DNA from: Malacoraja senta
Lineage: Eukaryota
Assembly: GCA_038087875.1 (NCBI GenBank)
Contig: CM075999.1
Coordinates: 124,001-188,000, forward strand
Length of the DNA: 64,000 nt
Direction: 5' to 3'
Shown: positions 1 through 11,375 of the stretch, piece after piece
Position numbering within the stretch: position 1 is the first letter of the stretch
How the letters are laid out: each line of letters opens with the position of its first letter
Notes under the pieces: generated by a model
What the model saw: only the letters and a program-made list of their open reading frames with translations
What the model was told of the DNA's origin: nothing
The model's database searches: none
Made by a program: the position numbers and the translations under genes

Positions 1-25
1 GAGAAAGTTGGATAACATAGAATTA

Positions 26-419
26 TCGGCCCAAAACGTTACCTATTTCCTTCGCTCCATAGATGCTGCTGCACCCGCTGAGTTTCTCCAGCATTTTTGT
101 GTACCTTCGATTTTCCAGCATCTGCAGTTCCTTCTTTAACACTTTGTCTACTCCACTGCGAAATCTCGTCAAGGTATGCCTACTTTGAAGAAGTTCTCCT
201 CCTCTCTCCGGAGACTGTTCCACAACCAACTCTCTAACTGCCCCATCTCTGTGATCCCCCCTGCCCTCCAACTCTATGACCACATCCTTACCCAAAATAA
301 ACTCTTCTCCCCACCCTCTATCAGTCTGAAGAAGGGTTTCGGCCCGAAACGTTACCTATTTCCTTCGCTCCATAGATGCTGCTGCACCCGCTGAGTTTCT
401 CCAGCATTTTTGTGTACCT
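26..419 (+). mobile_element. Internally deleted Penelope-like mini-element (pLTR, ORF N-terminal stub, pLTR)
   Basis: Two direct copies of the pseudo-LTR (26-~135 and ~321-419) enclose the ORF stub MPTLKKFSSSLRR...ALQLYDHILTQ, which resembles elasmobranch Penelope ORF starts. TSD tagaatta at 18-25 and 420-427 splits a SINE tail. Confidence 0.75.
324..355 (+). ncRNA. Minimal hammerhead-ribozyme-like motif in Penelope pLTR
   Basis: CUGAAGA-A-GGGU(UUCG)GCCC-GAAA-CGU-U: hammerhead core boxes, 4-bp stem II with UUCG loop, palindromic ACGU stem III. Stem I is only ~2 bp. Confidence 0.6.
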
Positions 420-514
420 TAGAATTAGAGTGAATGGGTGATCAATGGTCAGGATGGACAGTGGGCAAAGGGCCTGTTTTCATACTATACTTCCAATCTA
501 CGCAAACAACCCAC

Positions 515-890
515 CACTTCCCTTCCCTTCCCTCCCCCCTTCTCCCCTGTGCTCCATATGGATTTGCATCCATTTCTTCAATTTCCCTCCCCAGTCCCCT
601 TCCACCTGTATTCCACCTGGTTTCACAATTTCCATCATCTAACTTTATCTCACACCTTTTGTCTTTTCATCTCTGTCCTTCACCCAACCATCTGCCAGAT
701 AAACCCCCCTTCACCAGTATCCGTCTATCACTTGCCAGGCTTGGTCCCACCCCCACCACTCTTCCAGCTTTCTCCCCCTCTACTACAATCAGTCTGAAGA
801 GTCCCAACCTGAAACGTTGCTTTTCCATGTTCTCCAGAGCTGCTGTCTGCCCCCCCCCCCCCGAGTTACTGCAGCACTTGGTGTCCTTTC
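515..890 (+). mobile_element. Penelope-like 3' region with degenerate pLTR
   Basis: Pyrimidine-rich tract ending in tacaatcagtctgaagagtcc...gaaacgttg...gagttact; similar to copies at ~30050-30365 and ~54370-54710. Confidence 0.6.
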
Positions 891-959
891 AAGTGAGAAT
901 TGGAATTGTCAGCAATCACAAAGGAGAGGTTAGAGGGTGTGAGCAGTTCTTTTTATACG

Positions 960-1655
960 GTGAATAAAGTAAGCATGCAGGTACAGCAGTCAGTGAAGAA
1001 AGCTAATGGCATGTTGGCCTTCATAGCGAGAGGATTTGAGTATAGGACCAAGGAGGTCCTACTGCAGTTGTACACGCTCCTGATGAGACCACACCTGGAG
1101 TATTATGTGCAGTTTTGGTCTCCTAATTTGAGGAACGACATTCTTGCTATTGAGGGAGTGCAGCGTAGGTTCACCAGGTTAATTCCCGGGATGGCGGGAC
1201 TGACATATGATGAAAGAATGGGTTGACTGGGCTTGTATTCACTGGAATTTAGAAGGATGAGAGGCGATCTTATAGAAACATGAAATTCTTCAGGGATTGG
1301 ACAGGCTAGATGCAGGAAAAATGTTCCTCATGTTGGGGGAGTCAAGAACTCAGTTTAAGAATAAAGAATAAGGGCTAGGCTGTTTAGGGCTGAGATGAGG
1401 AAGAACGTTTTCAGCAGAGAGTTGTGAATCTGTGGAATTCTCTGCCACAGAAGGCAGTGGAAGCCAATTCACTGGATTATTCGAGAGAGAGTTAGATATG
1501 GCTCTTAGGGCTAACGCAATCAGGGGATATGGGGAAAAAGCAGGAACAGGATACTGATTCTGGATGATTAGCCATGATCATATTGAATGGCGGTGCTGGC
1601 TCGAAGGGCTGAATGGCCTACTCCTGCACCTATTTTCTATGTTTCTACGTTTCTA
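960..1655 (+). mobile_element. CR1 LINE, 5'-truncated
   Basis: ORF2 C-terminus (KKANGMLAFIARG...RPHLEY...WSP...QRRFTRLIPG), CR1 3'UTR and ttctatgt-type tail. Confidence 0.92.
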
Positions 1656-2233
1656 CAAGCGGATTGGTACATCGGGCAAAGTGGTCAGATAGCCAGCAAT
1701 TGTTTTCTGCATTGTAGAGGGAAGCAGACTGAGCAACACATACAATGATGGTAATGCAAGTGTCGTTGGACCACATGTACCATCTACTACTGTTGCATGG
1801 GTAAGTAACTGGAACACCAGCCAGATGTGGGATTGATAGTGTTGTGAGTAAGGGTATCCTGGAGGGAGAGATGCATAGTGTGGTTCATGATGGAAAGGGT
1901 GGATTCGAAAAAAATGTCCGCTTCACAGGAATACTGAGCATCAGACGGATACAGATATTAATATGTTTGCAAACCAGGAGCAGATAATGCCTAGCTTCTG
2001 GTCAATAATAGCGACAGCTCTTCAAAGTGGGTCCTTTGGATGTAAAGCTCGTCGAGGCACCCAGAATAAGAAATTATGGGAAGTTTTATTGAAACCAGAA
2101 ACACTTCAATGTGCATAATACAAAAGGTTCTTATTTCTTAATAATGGGAAGTTCCAAGTGCGATCTCAATACCAGAAAATAATAACAAATTTGGAAAATG
2201 TTTTTAAATATTTATTTTCTCTTTGTTTGCCAG

Positions 2234-2305
2234 AGAAAGCCTCAAAACAGTGTTGCCGGTGAAGGAGGCAGCATTGATATACAACTGAATCAGCTTGGAA
2301 GCTAA
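2234..2305 (+). CDS. Candidate terminal coding exon of an unidentified host gene
   Basis: Strong acceptor tttattttctctttgtttgccag (ends 2233). Phase-0 reading RKPQNSVAGEGGSIDIQLNQLGS*; other phases ESLKTVLPVKEAALIYN* and KASKQCCR*. AATAAA at 2348-2353. Non-repetitive context; frame not established. Confidence 0.45.
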   Translation, partial: RKPQNSVAGEGGSIDIQLNQLGS

Positions 2306-2989
2306 TTAACGGCACCTGCAGTTATAATGAACCAGGACCAATTGGCAAATAAAAGTTGCAGGACAAAAGAATCACTTAATTCCCACCTCATAAATTATTC
2401 TGTAAGACTGCATGAATAGATTTTTTGTGTCGCATCACTAGTCATGAACTGTTGTGGACAACACATAGATTACCAATAGATGCAAGGGCAAAGGAACTGA
2501 CCAGAGAAACTAAAACTGTATCATTTATTTTGGAAAAGCTGCACCCAACTGTAACCTGCTTTAGTTATTAGAGCTATGCAGCTGAACAGTGTGAAAACAG
2601 ACCCTTCGACCCATTTTGTCCAGGCCCATCTACTCTGCATTCATGGCTAGTCCCACTTTCTTGCATTTAGCCCATAATCCTCAAAACCCTTCCTTTAGTT
2701 TAGAGATGGTTTAGTTTAGAGACTAAAACCCCCACAGGTAGAACATACGAACTACATGCAAACAGCACACGTAGTCAGGATCTGTTTCCAAGTCTCTGGC
2801 GCTGCACGGAAGCAACTCTACTGCTGCGCCACCATGCCGCCCATTCCTAGATATTTAAAAGTCATAATTGTTACTTGAATAGATATCTCAGTGTGTTTTG
2901 TAATTGTGGGGTTTTGACAGCTGTGGGCCACGATTAAATTGTTAGCTGGGAGAGTTCTTATTGCAGATAATAATCTTGTCAGGACCATT

Positions 2990-3300
2990 GGGGCAGCACA
3001 CTAGCACAGCTGGTAAAGCTGCGACCTCACAGCACCAGAGACCCGGGTTTGATCCTGACCTCAGGTGCTGTCTGATGTGACTGCATATTCTCCCTGTGGC
3101 CGCATGGGTTTCCAATGGGTGCTCCGGTTTCCTCCCACAGATGTACAGGTTTGCAGGTTAATTGGTCTCTGTCAATTGCTCCTGGTGAATAGAGAGTGGA
3201 TACATAAGTGGGATAACATAGAACCCAGTGTGAAGGGGTGATCGATGATCGGAGTGGGCTCAGTGGGCCGAAGGGCCTGTTTCCATGCTGTGTCTTTCAA
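2990..3300 (+). mobile_element. HE1/V-SINE-type tRNA-derived SINE
   Basis: tRNA-like head (gacccgggtttgatcc), V-domain (ggtgctccggtttcctcccaca), CR1-like tail gggccgaagggcctgtttcc. Confidence 0.85.
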
Positions 3301-4459
3301 TATGTGAAAACATCCTGGTAGGACAAGTTTTTTGTTCAGTTATTCTCTGGATGAAATACAAGGACAGGGCACCAGCAAAATTATTTTCTTAAGCATCTAA
3401 TTTTAAGTAAATCCGGTGAAATCTTCTAATTCGAGTAACTGACGGATAGTTTTTTGGTGTTAGCCCAATAAACTCTTACAATAACGTTTTAGAAAATTAT
3501 TTATCATTTATGCAACATAAATTTCTCCTTTTTCTTTAATTTTTATCATGTTTCCTCTTCTCTCAAACAAAGTTATCTTTTATGCAAATGTTTTCATTAT
3601 GAGCCATAATGCTTTGAAATATTAACAATATTTCTTATTGTAGTTTAAATCCATTTATTCTGGAGATTAAAGACGTTTGAGAAGGATAAAGGACAACATT
3701 GCTAAAAGCATATCAGGATATCATAAAGTGTGAAAGAGAAACCATCTGTATTTTTGTATATCTGCAAAATCAAAGATGAATTGATATGCATTAGGCAAAG
3801 CACAAAGTGCTGGAGGAACTCAGCACCTCTGAAGGGGATGGATAGGCAATGTCTCCATACAATTACCTAGTAATCAATAGTAATCCATATAATTTACTAG
3901 TTTTAATTTTTTCACCATATGTGATTGTCACTGATGAGCCAGAGTTGTTTTTTTTCTTTCACCCTTGAACTGTCCAGCTTTGCTCGACTGTTTAAGAGGG
4001 CAATTAAAAATCAATGACAATTTGGGTTTCCAAGCGGGTTATGGACAGTACATTTTCTCACCTCATTCATGAACTAGTTGGATGTTTTTCAGGAAAGATG
4101 CAATTTCACTATATCTTGGTCGGCATGGATGTGTCGGGTCGAAGGGCCCGTTTACTTGCTGTATGACTCCATGACTCTCGCACAACCACTCCATACACCA
4201 TCCCAAACTCACCTAGTCTCAGTGCAACGTCTACCCACCTTTCTCCGTGGAATATGAGTCAGTAGCAGGGGTGGAAATTTCAAAGTTAACATTTAGAAAA
4301 TAGGTGCAGGAGGAGGCCTTTGAGATTTCTGAAATATGGACAGCATTGTCTACGTTAATTGCACATCTGCGCATTACAGGTTAAACATGTGGTACTGTTC
4401 AGGACTTATCTGTCATTAGAATGGACACATTCTCTGACCGGAGGACAACAGTGAACTGT

Positions 4460-4780
4460 TGGGCAGCGGTGATGGTTGGTGGTTTGTGGTAGAGTTGCTG
4501 CCTAATGGTGCCAGGGGCATGGGTTAGATCCTGACAATGGGTGCTGTCTGTATGGAGTGTACAGAGAAAACACCCGTGATTGGATGGGTTTTCTCCAGGG
4601 GCTCCGGTTTCCTCCCACACTCCAATGGTGTCCAGGTTTGTAGGTTAATTGGTTTTGGAAAAATTGTAAATTGTCCCTGGAGTGTTAGTGAACAGGGATC
4701 ACTGGTCAGTGCAGACTCGGTGGGCCGAAAGGCCGGTTTCTGCGCTGTCTCTTAACTAACTTAAAACTGAACCAAACTAA
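4460..4780 (+). mobile_element. HE1/V-SINE-type SINE
   Basis: Same head, V-domain and tail; ends in taaac-like repeats. Confidence 0.85.
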
Positions 4781-5089
4781 TTGACAATATGAACAACATC
4801 AGCAGCTTTTAAAACAGGCATTTGGCCTTGCTAGGTGATAAATTGCCAGGTTTATTCAATTCTATTTGTTACTATTAGCGATTTGAACACTTGAACTCAA
4901 GGTTGGAAGTTCAGTTGCAGTCCACCCCAGGCTAATGCAATATGCAGGTAGTGCCAAGATCCAGGTAGCAGCTGGGATCAATACCGAGCCAAACATCAAG
5001 GAACAGCTCTCTGAGACAAGCTACAAGGACAGCATACCAGCTTGGCATTATAAATGTTCTCATATCTCATTGTTTAGTGCAGTTTAAAC

Positions 5090-5545
5090 AGAGAACATGG
5101 AACAGCACACCACCAGGCCCTTCACCCCACAGTGTTTGTGCTGAACATGAAGCCAAGACCATCACTTATCTACCTGCATATAACCCATATCCCTCCATTC
5201 CCTGCATATCGATGTGCCTAATGTATCTGCTTCAAAGCCCATCCCCGGCAGCAAAATCCAGCCACTCACTACCCTCTGTAAAAAAACTTACCCCACACAT
5301 CTCCATTAAACATTCCCCTTCTTACCTTATAGCTAAGCCCTCTAATGTTGGACATTTCCATCTTGAAATAATGATCTAACTATCTCCCCTATCCATGCCT
5401 TTATATACTTCTATCAAGTCTCCCGTCAACCCCAGACTTTCAAGACAAAACAGTCCAAGTTTATCCAACCTCTCCTCGTAGCTAATACCCTCTAATCAAG
5501 GCAGCATTCTGACAAACCTCTTATGCAACCGCTCTAATGCCTTCA
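5090..5545 (-). mobile_element. Old CR1 LINE 3' fragment
   Basis: Reverse complement of degenerate CR1 ORF2 C-terminus and 3'UTR. Confidence 0.75.
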
Positions 5546-5551
5546 CATATA

Positions 5552-5998
5552 CCACTAGGGGGCGCCGCACGATGGCTGCCTCGCCGACGGTCTGACTTCG
5601 TCTTTTTCCTTCTTTGTGTTTTTAGTTTGTTGTAAAATGTATGTTTTAGTTTATCTTTAGTTTTGTATTTGTGGGGGGTGGTGGGGGTGATGGGGGGGGT
5701 GGGGGTTGGATAAACTTGGACCGTCTTATCTCTTATCTCAACCGAGATGCGACTTTTTCCGTGTCGTTTCTCCGTCCGCACTGGGGCCTAACATCATGGA
5801 GATGGCGGTCTCTTGCTGGGACTTCTAGAGCTCCAACGCGGTACCTGCGGACTTTAACATCTCGGAGCGGGCAATCCCTTCGGGGCTTCAACCTGCGGGA
5901 GCTGCGGACTTTAACATCGTGGAAACCGCTGTCCCTGGTTAGCGGCTGACTCCAAGCCGCAGGACTTTCAATAGCCCCGATAAACGGTTTCAACACAC
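5552..5998 (+). mobile_element. Unclassified CpG-rich non-autonomous element (5' part)
   Basis: Abrupt CpG-rich block with internal sub-repeats ctgcggactttaacatc x2; its 3' part resembles the sub-repeats of 25478-25810. Confidence 0.5.
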
Positions 5999-6188
5999 AC
6001 TGGAGATGATTGAATTCCAGGGAGCTAATGTCACATAAAGGCACAATACCTTACAACAGACCCGACAACAGATATTCTAAAGAACCGTCCTGACCCAAAT
6101 TGTCATCTATCCAATCCCTGCACAGATGCTGACTGACCTGCCGAGTTCCTCTAGCACTTTGTGTTTTGCTCAAGATTCCAGCATCTTT

Positions 6189-7136
6189 TTTTTAATTTTA
6201 TTTTTTTATTTTTTATTTATTAGAAGTACATTACATTACAACCAATTACATTAGTATTCGTCACGTATATCTTATTACAATTAATGTACTCCGTCATTTT
6301 TTACACTAATAAAGGGAAAGGATGAGATTGAGAGAAAGGAGAAAGTGAAGGAAAATAGTGAAAGTGTAAAAAACAAAAAAGAACAAAGACCCTATAAGAA
6401 AGAAATAAAAAAAAAAAGAATTAAGAAATAGACCCTAAAAAAAAAGAAAAAAGAAGGGAAAAGAGAAAAACAAATACTTTGTTGTAAGCATCACGCAAAT
6501 GGGACATACCAACTCTCCAGCTTTCATCCCCCCTTACCTGACCTCAGTTTTATTTTTTTTAAGTACTTTTGCACCCTATACTTGTAATAATTCTATAAAT
6601 GCAGACCACGTCAGGTGGAAGTGATCTGGTTTACCTGCCAGGAGGAGTCTTATCTCTTCTAGGTGTAATGTTTCGAACATATTTGAAATCCACATGTTTA
6701 TAGTTGGTATTGGAGCGTTTTCCCAGAAGTTTAGGATTAACTTTTTTCCAGTTATTAATCCATAGTCTATTAATTTCTTTTGGAACACATTTAGTTCTGG
6801 ACTATCTTCCGTTGTTCCGAAGATAATCCATTCTGCTTTGGGTATCAGTTATATTTTAAATAATTTTGTAAAGATTTCAAAAATTTCAATCCAACATTTT
6901 TGAATTTTTGTACAGAAAACAAATGAGTGCGCTATAGTAGCTTCTTGAGATTGACATTTATCACAAATGGATGATACATTTGGGAAAATTTTATTAATTT
7001 TAGTTTTGGAATAATATAATCTATGTAAAATTTTAAATTGTATTAAAGTGTGTCTTACATTAATCGAACATTTATGCACATTTAATAAATGTTCATTCCA
7101 CCTTTCCTTTGAGATTTTAATAGCTAATTCTTGTTC
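6189..7136 (-). mobile_element. L1-clade LINE 3' fragment
   Basis: ORF2 C-terminal QFKILHRLY...CDKC...HSFVFC zinc knuckle and A-rich tail. TSD ccagcatcttt at 6178-6188 and 7137-7147; inserted in a Penelope pLTR. Confidence 0.9.
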
Positions 7137-7848
7137 CCAGCATCTTTAATCGCTTGTGTTCCAATAAGATATATCACTGGCTCTGACCTCTTTCAAAGAC
7201 AGTCGGAAATACTTAGCTGAATTAACAAGTATCTGCTCAATGCGGATGGCCCAAGCATCATAAAAATGTCAGAGTCATACAGCATGGAAACAGGCCATTC
7301 AGCACAACTCATCCACCTCAATTGTCATTAACTTCAGACAATGAAACACATTAAATCATAGCAGACTCATTTCTCTTTCATGTCAAAGGTAGCCGTTAAA
7401 TAGAAACTCAACTACAAATCTCATAAACTTCTAAATGACAAAAAGAAAGTAATGGTCATGATGATAGTTTCAGAAACAACTCAGTGAATGTAACCACCAT
7501 GAAGCATCAGAGGGCCTGATGAAGCATGAAAATAATCCACATTTTTTAAACATTGAGTTCAGCAATACAGATGGTTCAATTAATTTGATAGCCTGGAGCT
7601 AATAAACTTTTGTAAATATTTAATTAACCTAATGAACCCGATAAAAATATCATTTTCATGTCATGTTAGAACAATGTCAGTCTCTTCACTGCTTATCCAG
7701 TGACATTGTCTTGTCCAAGAAATGACGACCAAAAATCTAATCGAAACCTCACTTCAGTAAGATCATAAGGAATGGGCATGTCCACTACTACTCGCTTGAA
7801 AATAATTGTGTTCAAAGGCAATACTTCAGTGACGGACTGCAATGCTAA

Positions 7849-8173
7849 GGTGGCACAGTGGCACATAACAGCTGGCAGAACCCCTGCCTCATGCCACCAG
7901 TGCCCGGGTTTGATCCTGACTATGGGTACCGTCTGTGTGGAGTAAGCATGTCTCCCTGTGTGGAACTCCTCTGGGTGCTCCGGTTTCTTCCTATATCACA
8001 AAGGAATCTGGGTTTGTAGGTCAATTGTCCTCTGTAAATTGCTCCGAGTGTGCAGGGGGTGGATGAGAAAGTGGGATAACAGAGCTCGTGCGAACGGGTG
8101 ATCAATAGTTGGCATGGACCCAGCGGGCTGCAGGTCCTGCTCCCATGTAGCTCCTGCTCTAAACTAAACTAAA
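7849..8173 (+). mobile_element. HE1/V-SINE-type SINE
   Basis: Head, V-domain, tail and (taaac)n. Confidence 0.85.
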
Positions 8174-8748
8174 ACACAAAGGGACCATTGAGAAAACTCT
8201 TTGACAATGACATTGACAGTTTTTGGGGTACTCAAGGAATAAATGTTCAAATCACTCTACCAGTTTTTTTATCCCTTCCCTCCACTTGAAAGTGACCATA
8301 TTCAACCTCCAACTGCAATGCAATGGGGTTGTTGGATACTGCTTTATAGTGCACAATGAAACAGTATTATTAATGGGGCAGAAACGGAGTACATTTGGGG
8401 AAGGTCTCGGGATTAACAATAAATCAATTGATCACTGCGGGAGCAGTGATGCTTCCTTGGCTTTCTCCATTGCTTGCAAGCAAAAGACAGAACATTTGGT
8501 CAGAAGTCCTTACCATGGCCTCCAGGACCAGATTGAGGAGGGTCCACATAACTCGGAAGAATTGAAAGCACAAAAAGAGACTGGCGAGCGGTTGGTGTGG
8601 AAGGAGGGAAAATTGCAAAGAATAAAATTGGTATTGATCAGTTAATTATGTATTTCAATAAAAAAACAAGACCAACATCTTAATCATATTGGTTAAGGTA
8701 AAAGTGAACCCTCAAATGTAAGAGGTACGTAGAACAAAGAACAGTACA

Positions 8749-8947
8749 TTAGAAAGAAAGAACTACAGACACTTGTTTATACCAAAGAGTCACGGTGCTG
8801 GAGTAACTCAATGGTTCAGGTAGCATCTCCAAAGAAAAAGAATAGATGACATTTCAGGTCGGGACCCAATGTCACCTATCCTTTTTCTCCAGAGATGCTG
8901 CCTGACCTACTGAGTAACTCCAGCACTTTGAGTCTATCTTTGGTATG
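8749..8947. mobile_element. Old palindromic Penelope pLTR pair
   Basis: Inverted pLTR copies (gtgctggagtaactca ... tgagtaactccagcac) flanked by a gaacagtaca duplication. Confidence 0.65.
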
Positions 8948-9529
8948 GAACAGTACAGTACAGCATTAGGCTCTCGGCCCACAATGCCGGTACAGAGCAT
9001 CGTGACAAGTTAAACAAATCTCCATTTTATTGATCTACATCCCTCCATGTGCTACGTATCCATGTGCCTATATTAAATGTTGTTTCCATCTCCACCACCA
9101 TCCCTGGCAGCGGTTTCCAACTACCCATCATTCTCTGTAAAAAAAACACTTACCACGAACATCTTCTTTAAACATTCACCCTTTGTCCTTAAAGCTAAGC
9201 TCTCAAGTATTTGACATTTTCACCCTTGGAAAAGGACAACTGCTATCAGTTTCCCCTTAAAGCCAGGCCCTCGATAGGTAGCCACTGTCTAAATTAGCTC
9301 CTGCACTCCAATACAAGGTCAGTAGAAAATTATTGGTATCCAGTTCTTGTTTTCAGAAACCAAATAATACATAAGAAGCAGTTGCTCCAAATTGCTAATT
9401 CAATTTATCATTGAAAGGTCTGCAGAATCAGTGCTATAGACACCCTCAAGGAACCAATGTAATCAGGATCCAAGATATTCATTACTCCAGTTAGTAAATT
9501 ACTACACCAATTTATAAATGTACGATGTG

Positions 9530-10005
9530 GAGGTGCGAGAGGGTGCAGAGAAAGTTGATCAGCGCGCTGCCTGGATTAGAAGTGTTCAGCTACAAAGAGA
9601 GGTTAGATAAACTTCGGTTTGTTTCTCAGGAATGTCAACGGTTGAGGGAGACTTGGAAGAAGTTTATAAACCTGAAGGACAAAGATAGGTGAGACAGTCA
9701 GAACCTGAAAATGTCCAACACTAGAGGGCACAGCTATAAGGTGAGGGGAAATGTTTAATGGAGATGTGCGGGGCAAGTTTATCTTTTACACAGAGAGTGG
9801 TGGGGGCCTGATAAGCATTGCCAGAGGTAGTGTTGGAGGCAGATACGATAGAGATGCTTAAGAAACTTTTAGATAGGCAGGGAATAGCATTTACATGTGG
9901 AACATGTACAGGTAGATGAGATCAGTTTAACTTGGCATCATGTTCGGTGCAAACATTGTGGGCCATAGGGCCCGTTCCTGTGCTATATAGTTCCATGTTC
10001 TACGA
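9530..10005 (+). mobile_element. Old CR1 3' fragment
   Basis: Degenerate ORF2 C-terminus and 3'UTR. Confidence 0.75.
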
Positions 10006-10639
10006 TTTTAGACTTCATTGCACTGTCTTCCCCCCCCCCCCCCCCCCCCCCATGCTGACAGAAATGTACGTGCAGTTTTCAGCTGTTACTGGAAAATGAT
10101 GCTACATAAATTCGTAGGTTAAATCTGTTTTTATTCTAATTACTGCAAGTTTTATTAGCAGCAAGGAACATGGTAATTGTGCAAATATTCTCTAAAATGC
10201 ACTAGTGGAATTATATAATTGTTGCATTGTTGTATTTATAATTGAGTAGTTAAAGGAAATTGAACAAAAATAACACCTAAAAAGTAATTGCCTACAACAC
10301 CTGCCGTTGATAAGATGTGTGAGGAATTTCAACCCAATTATCTGTTAACTGTGAATCTATCTTTCCGCAGTGTTGTACTACATGGTTTCAGAGTTTACGG
10401 TTACTTATTATGCATTTCGAGCCTTGTGCACCAGCAGGTGATGAACAAGTTGGAACAGTAAATTTCCACCGATTCTGCCTGATCTGCCAAGTTTTGTCCA
10501 ATATTTCATTTGTTTTAAAAGACATATTTTAAATGAATGCCTCTGAAGCAGTGACCTGGGTGCCAAGGACATTAAGAGAAATGAGCAGAGAATAGATGGA
10601 TAGCTTGACCCTTTCTCAACCTCTGCATTAGTTGGAAAG

Positions 10640-11375
10640 GTGCCAAGGCAGAGTAATACAAGACGACGAACAAGTTGTACAAGACATTGATGAGGCTGCA
10701 CTCAGAGTATTATGTTCAGTTAGGGTTGCTATAGGAAAGATGCAATTAAGCTGGAAAGATGCAGGGAAGACTTACGATGATGTTGCCAGTACACGGATAG
10801 AAAGGTTGAGAGGGTTACGGGCCAAATGCGGGCAGGTGGAGCTATTGTAGATGGGACATCTAGGTCGGCCTGGGCAAGTTGTATCTAAGGGAAAGTTTCC
10901 ATGCTCCATGACTCTAGGGCCTAAGCTATAGGGAGCGATTGAGCAGCCTAAGATTTGATTCATTGGAGCACAGGAGACCGAGAAGTTATATTACAGAGGT
11001 TTATAAAATCATGAGGTGAATAGAGTGAATGCAGAGAATCTTTCTCCCTTCTCCCCGGGGGGGGGGGGGGGGGGGGGGGGGGAGAAAGATTCTCTGCATT
11101 CACTCTATTCACCTCATGATTTTATAAACCTCTGTAATAGGAAACTGAGGGGCAAGGTTTTATGTGGTGGGTATGTGGAATGAACTGTCAGTGGAAGTAG
11201 TTGAAACAGGTACAGTAACATCAACTATTAGACATTTGGATAACGACATGGATGGGAAAGGTTTAGAAGGACATGGGCCAAATGTGGGTAAATAGAACTG
11301 GCTTAGATAGAGCACCTTGGTCAGCATAGACAGGTTGGGCCGAAGGGCCTATTTCAATGCTGTATGACTATGACA
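10640..11375 (+). mobile_element. Old CR1 3' fragments containing a fold-back inversion
   Basis: CR1 ORF2 end and 3'UTR; perfect 60-bp inverted repeat at 10989-11048 and 11080-11139. Confidence 0.75.
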
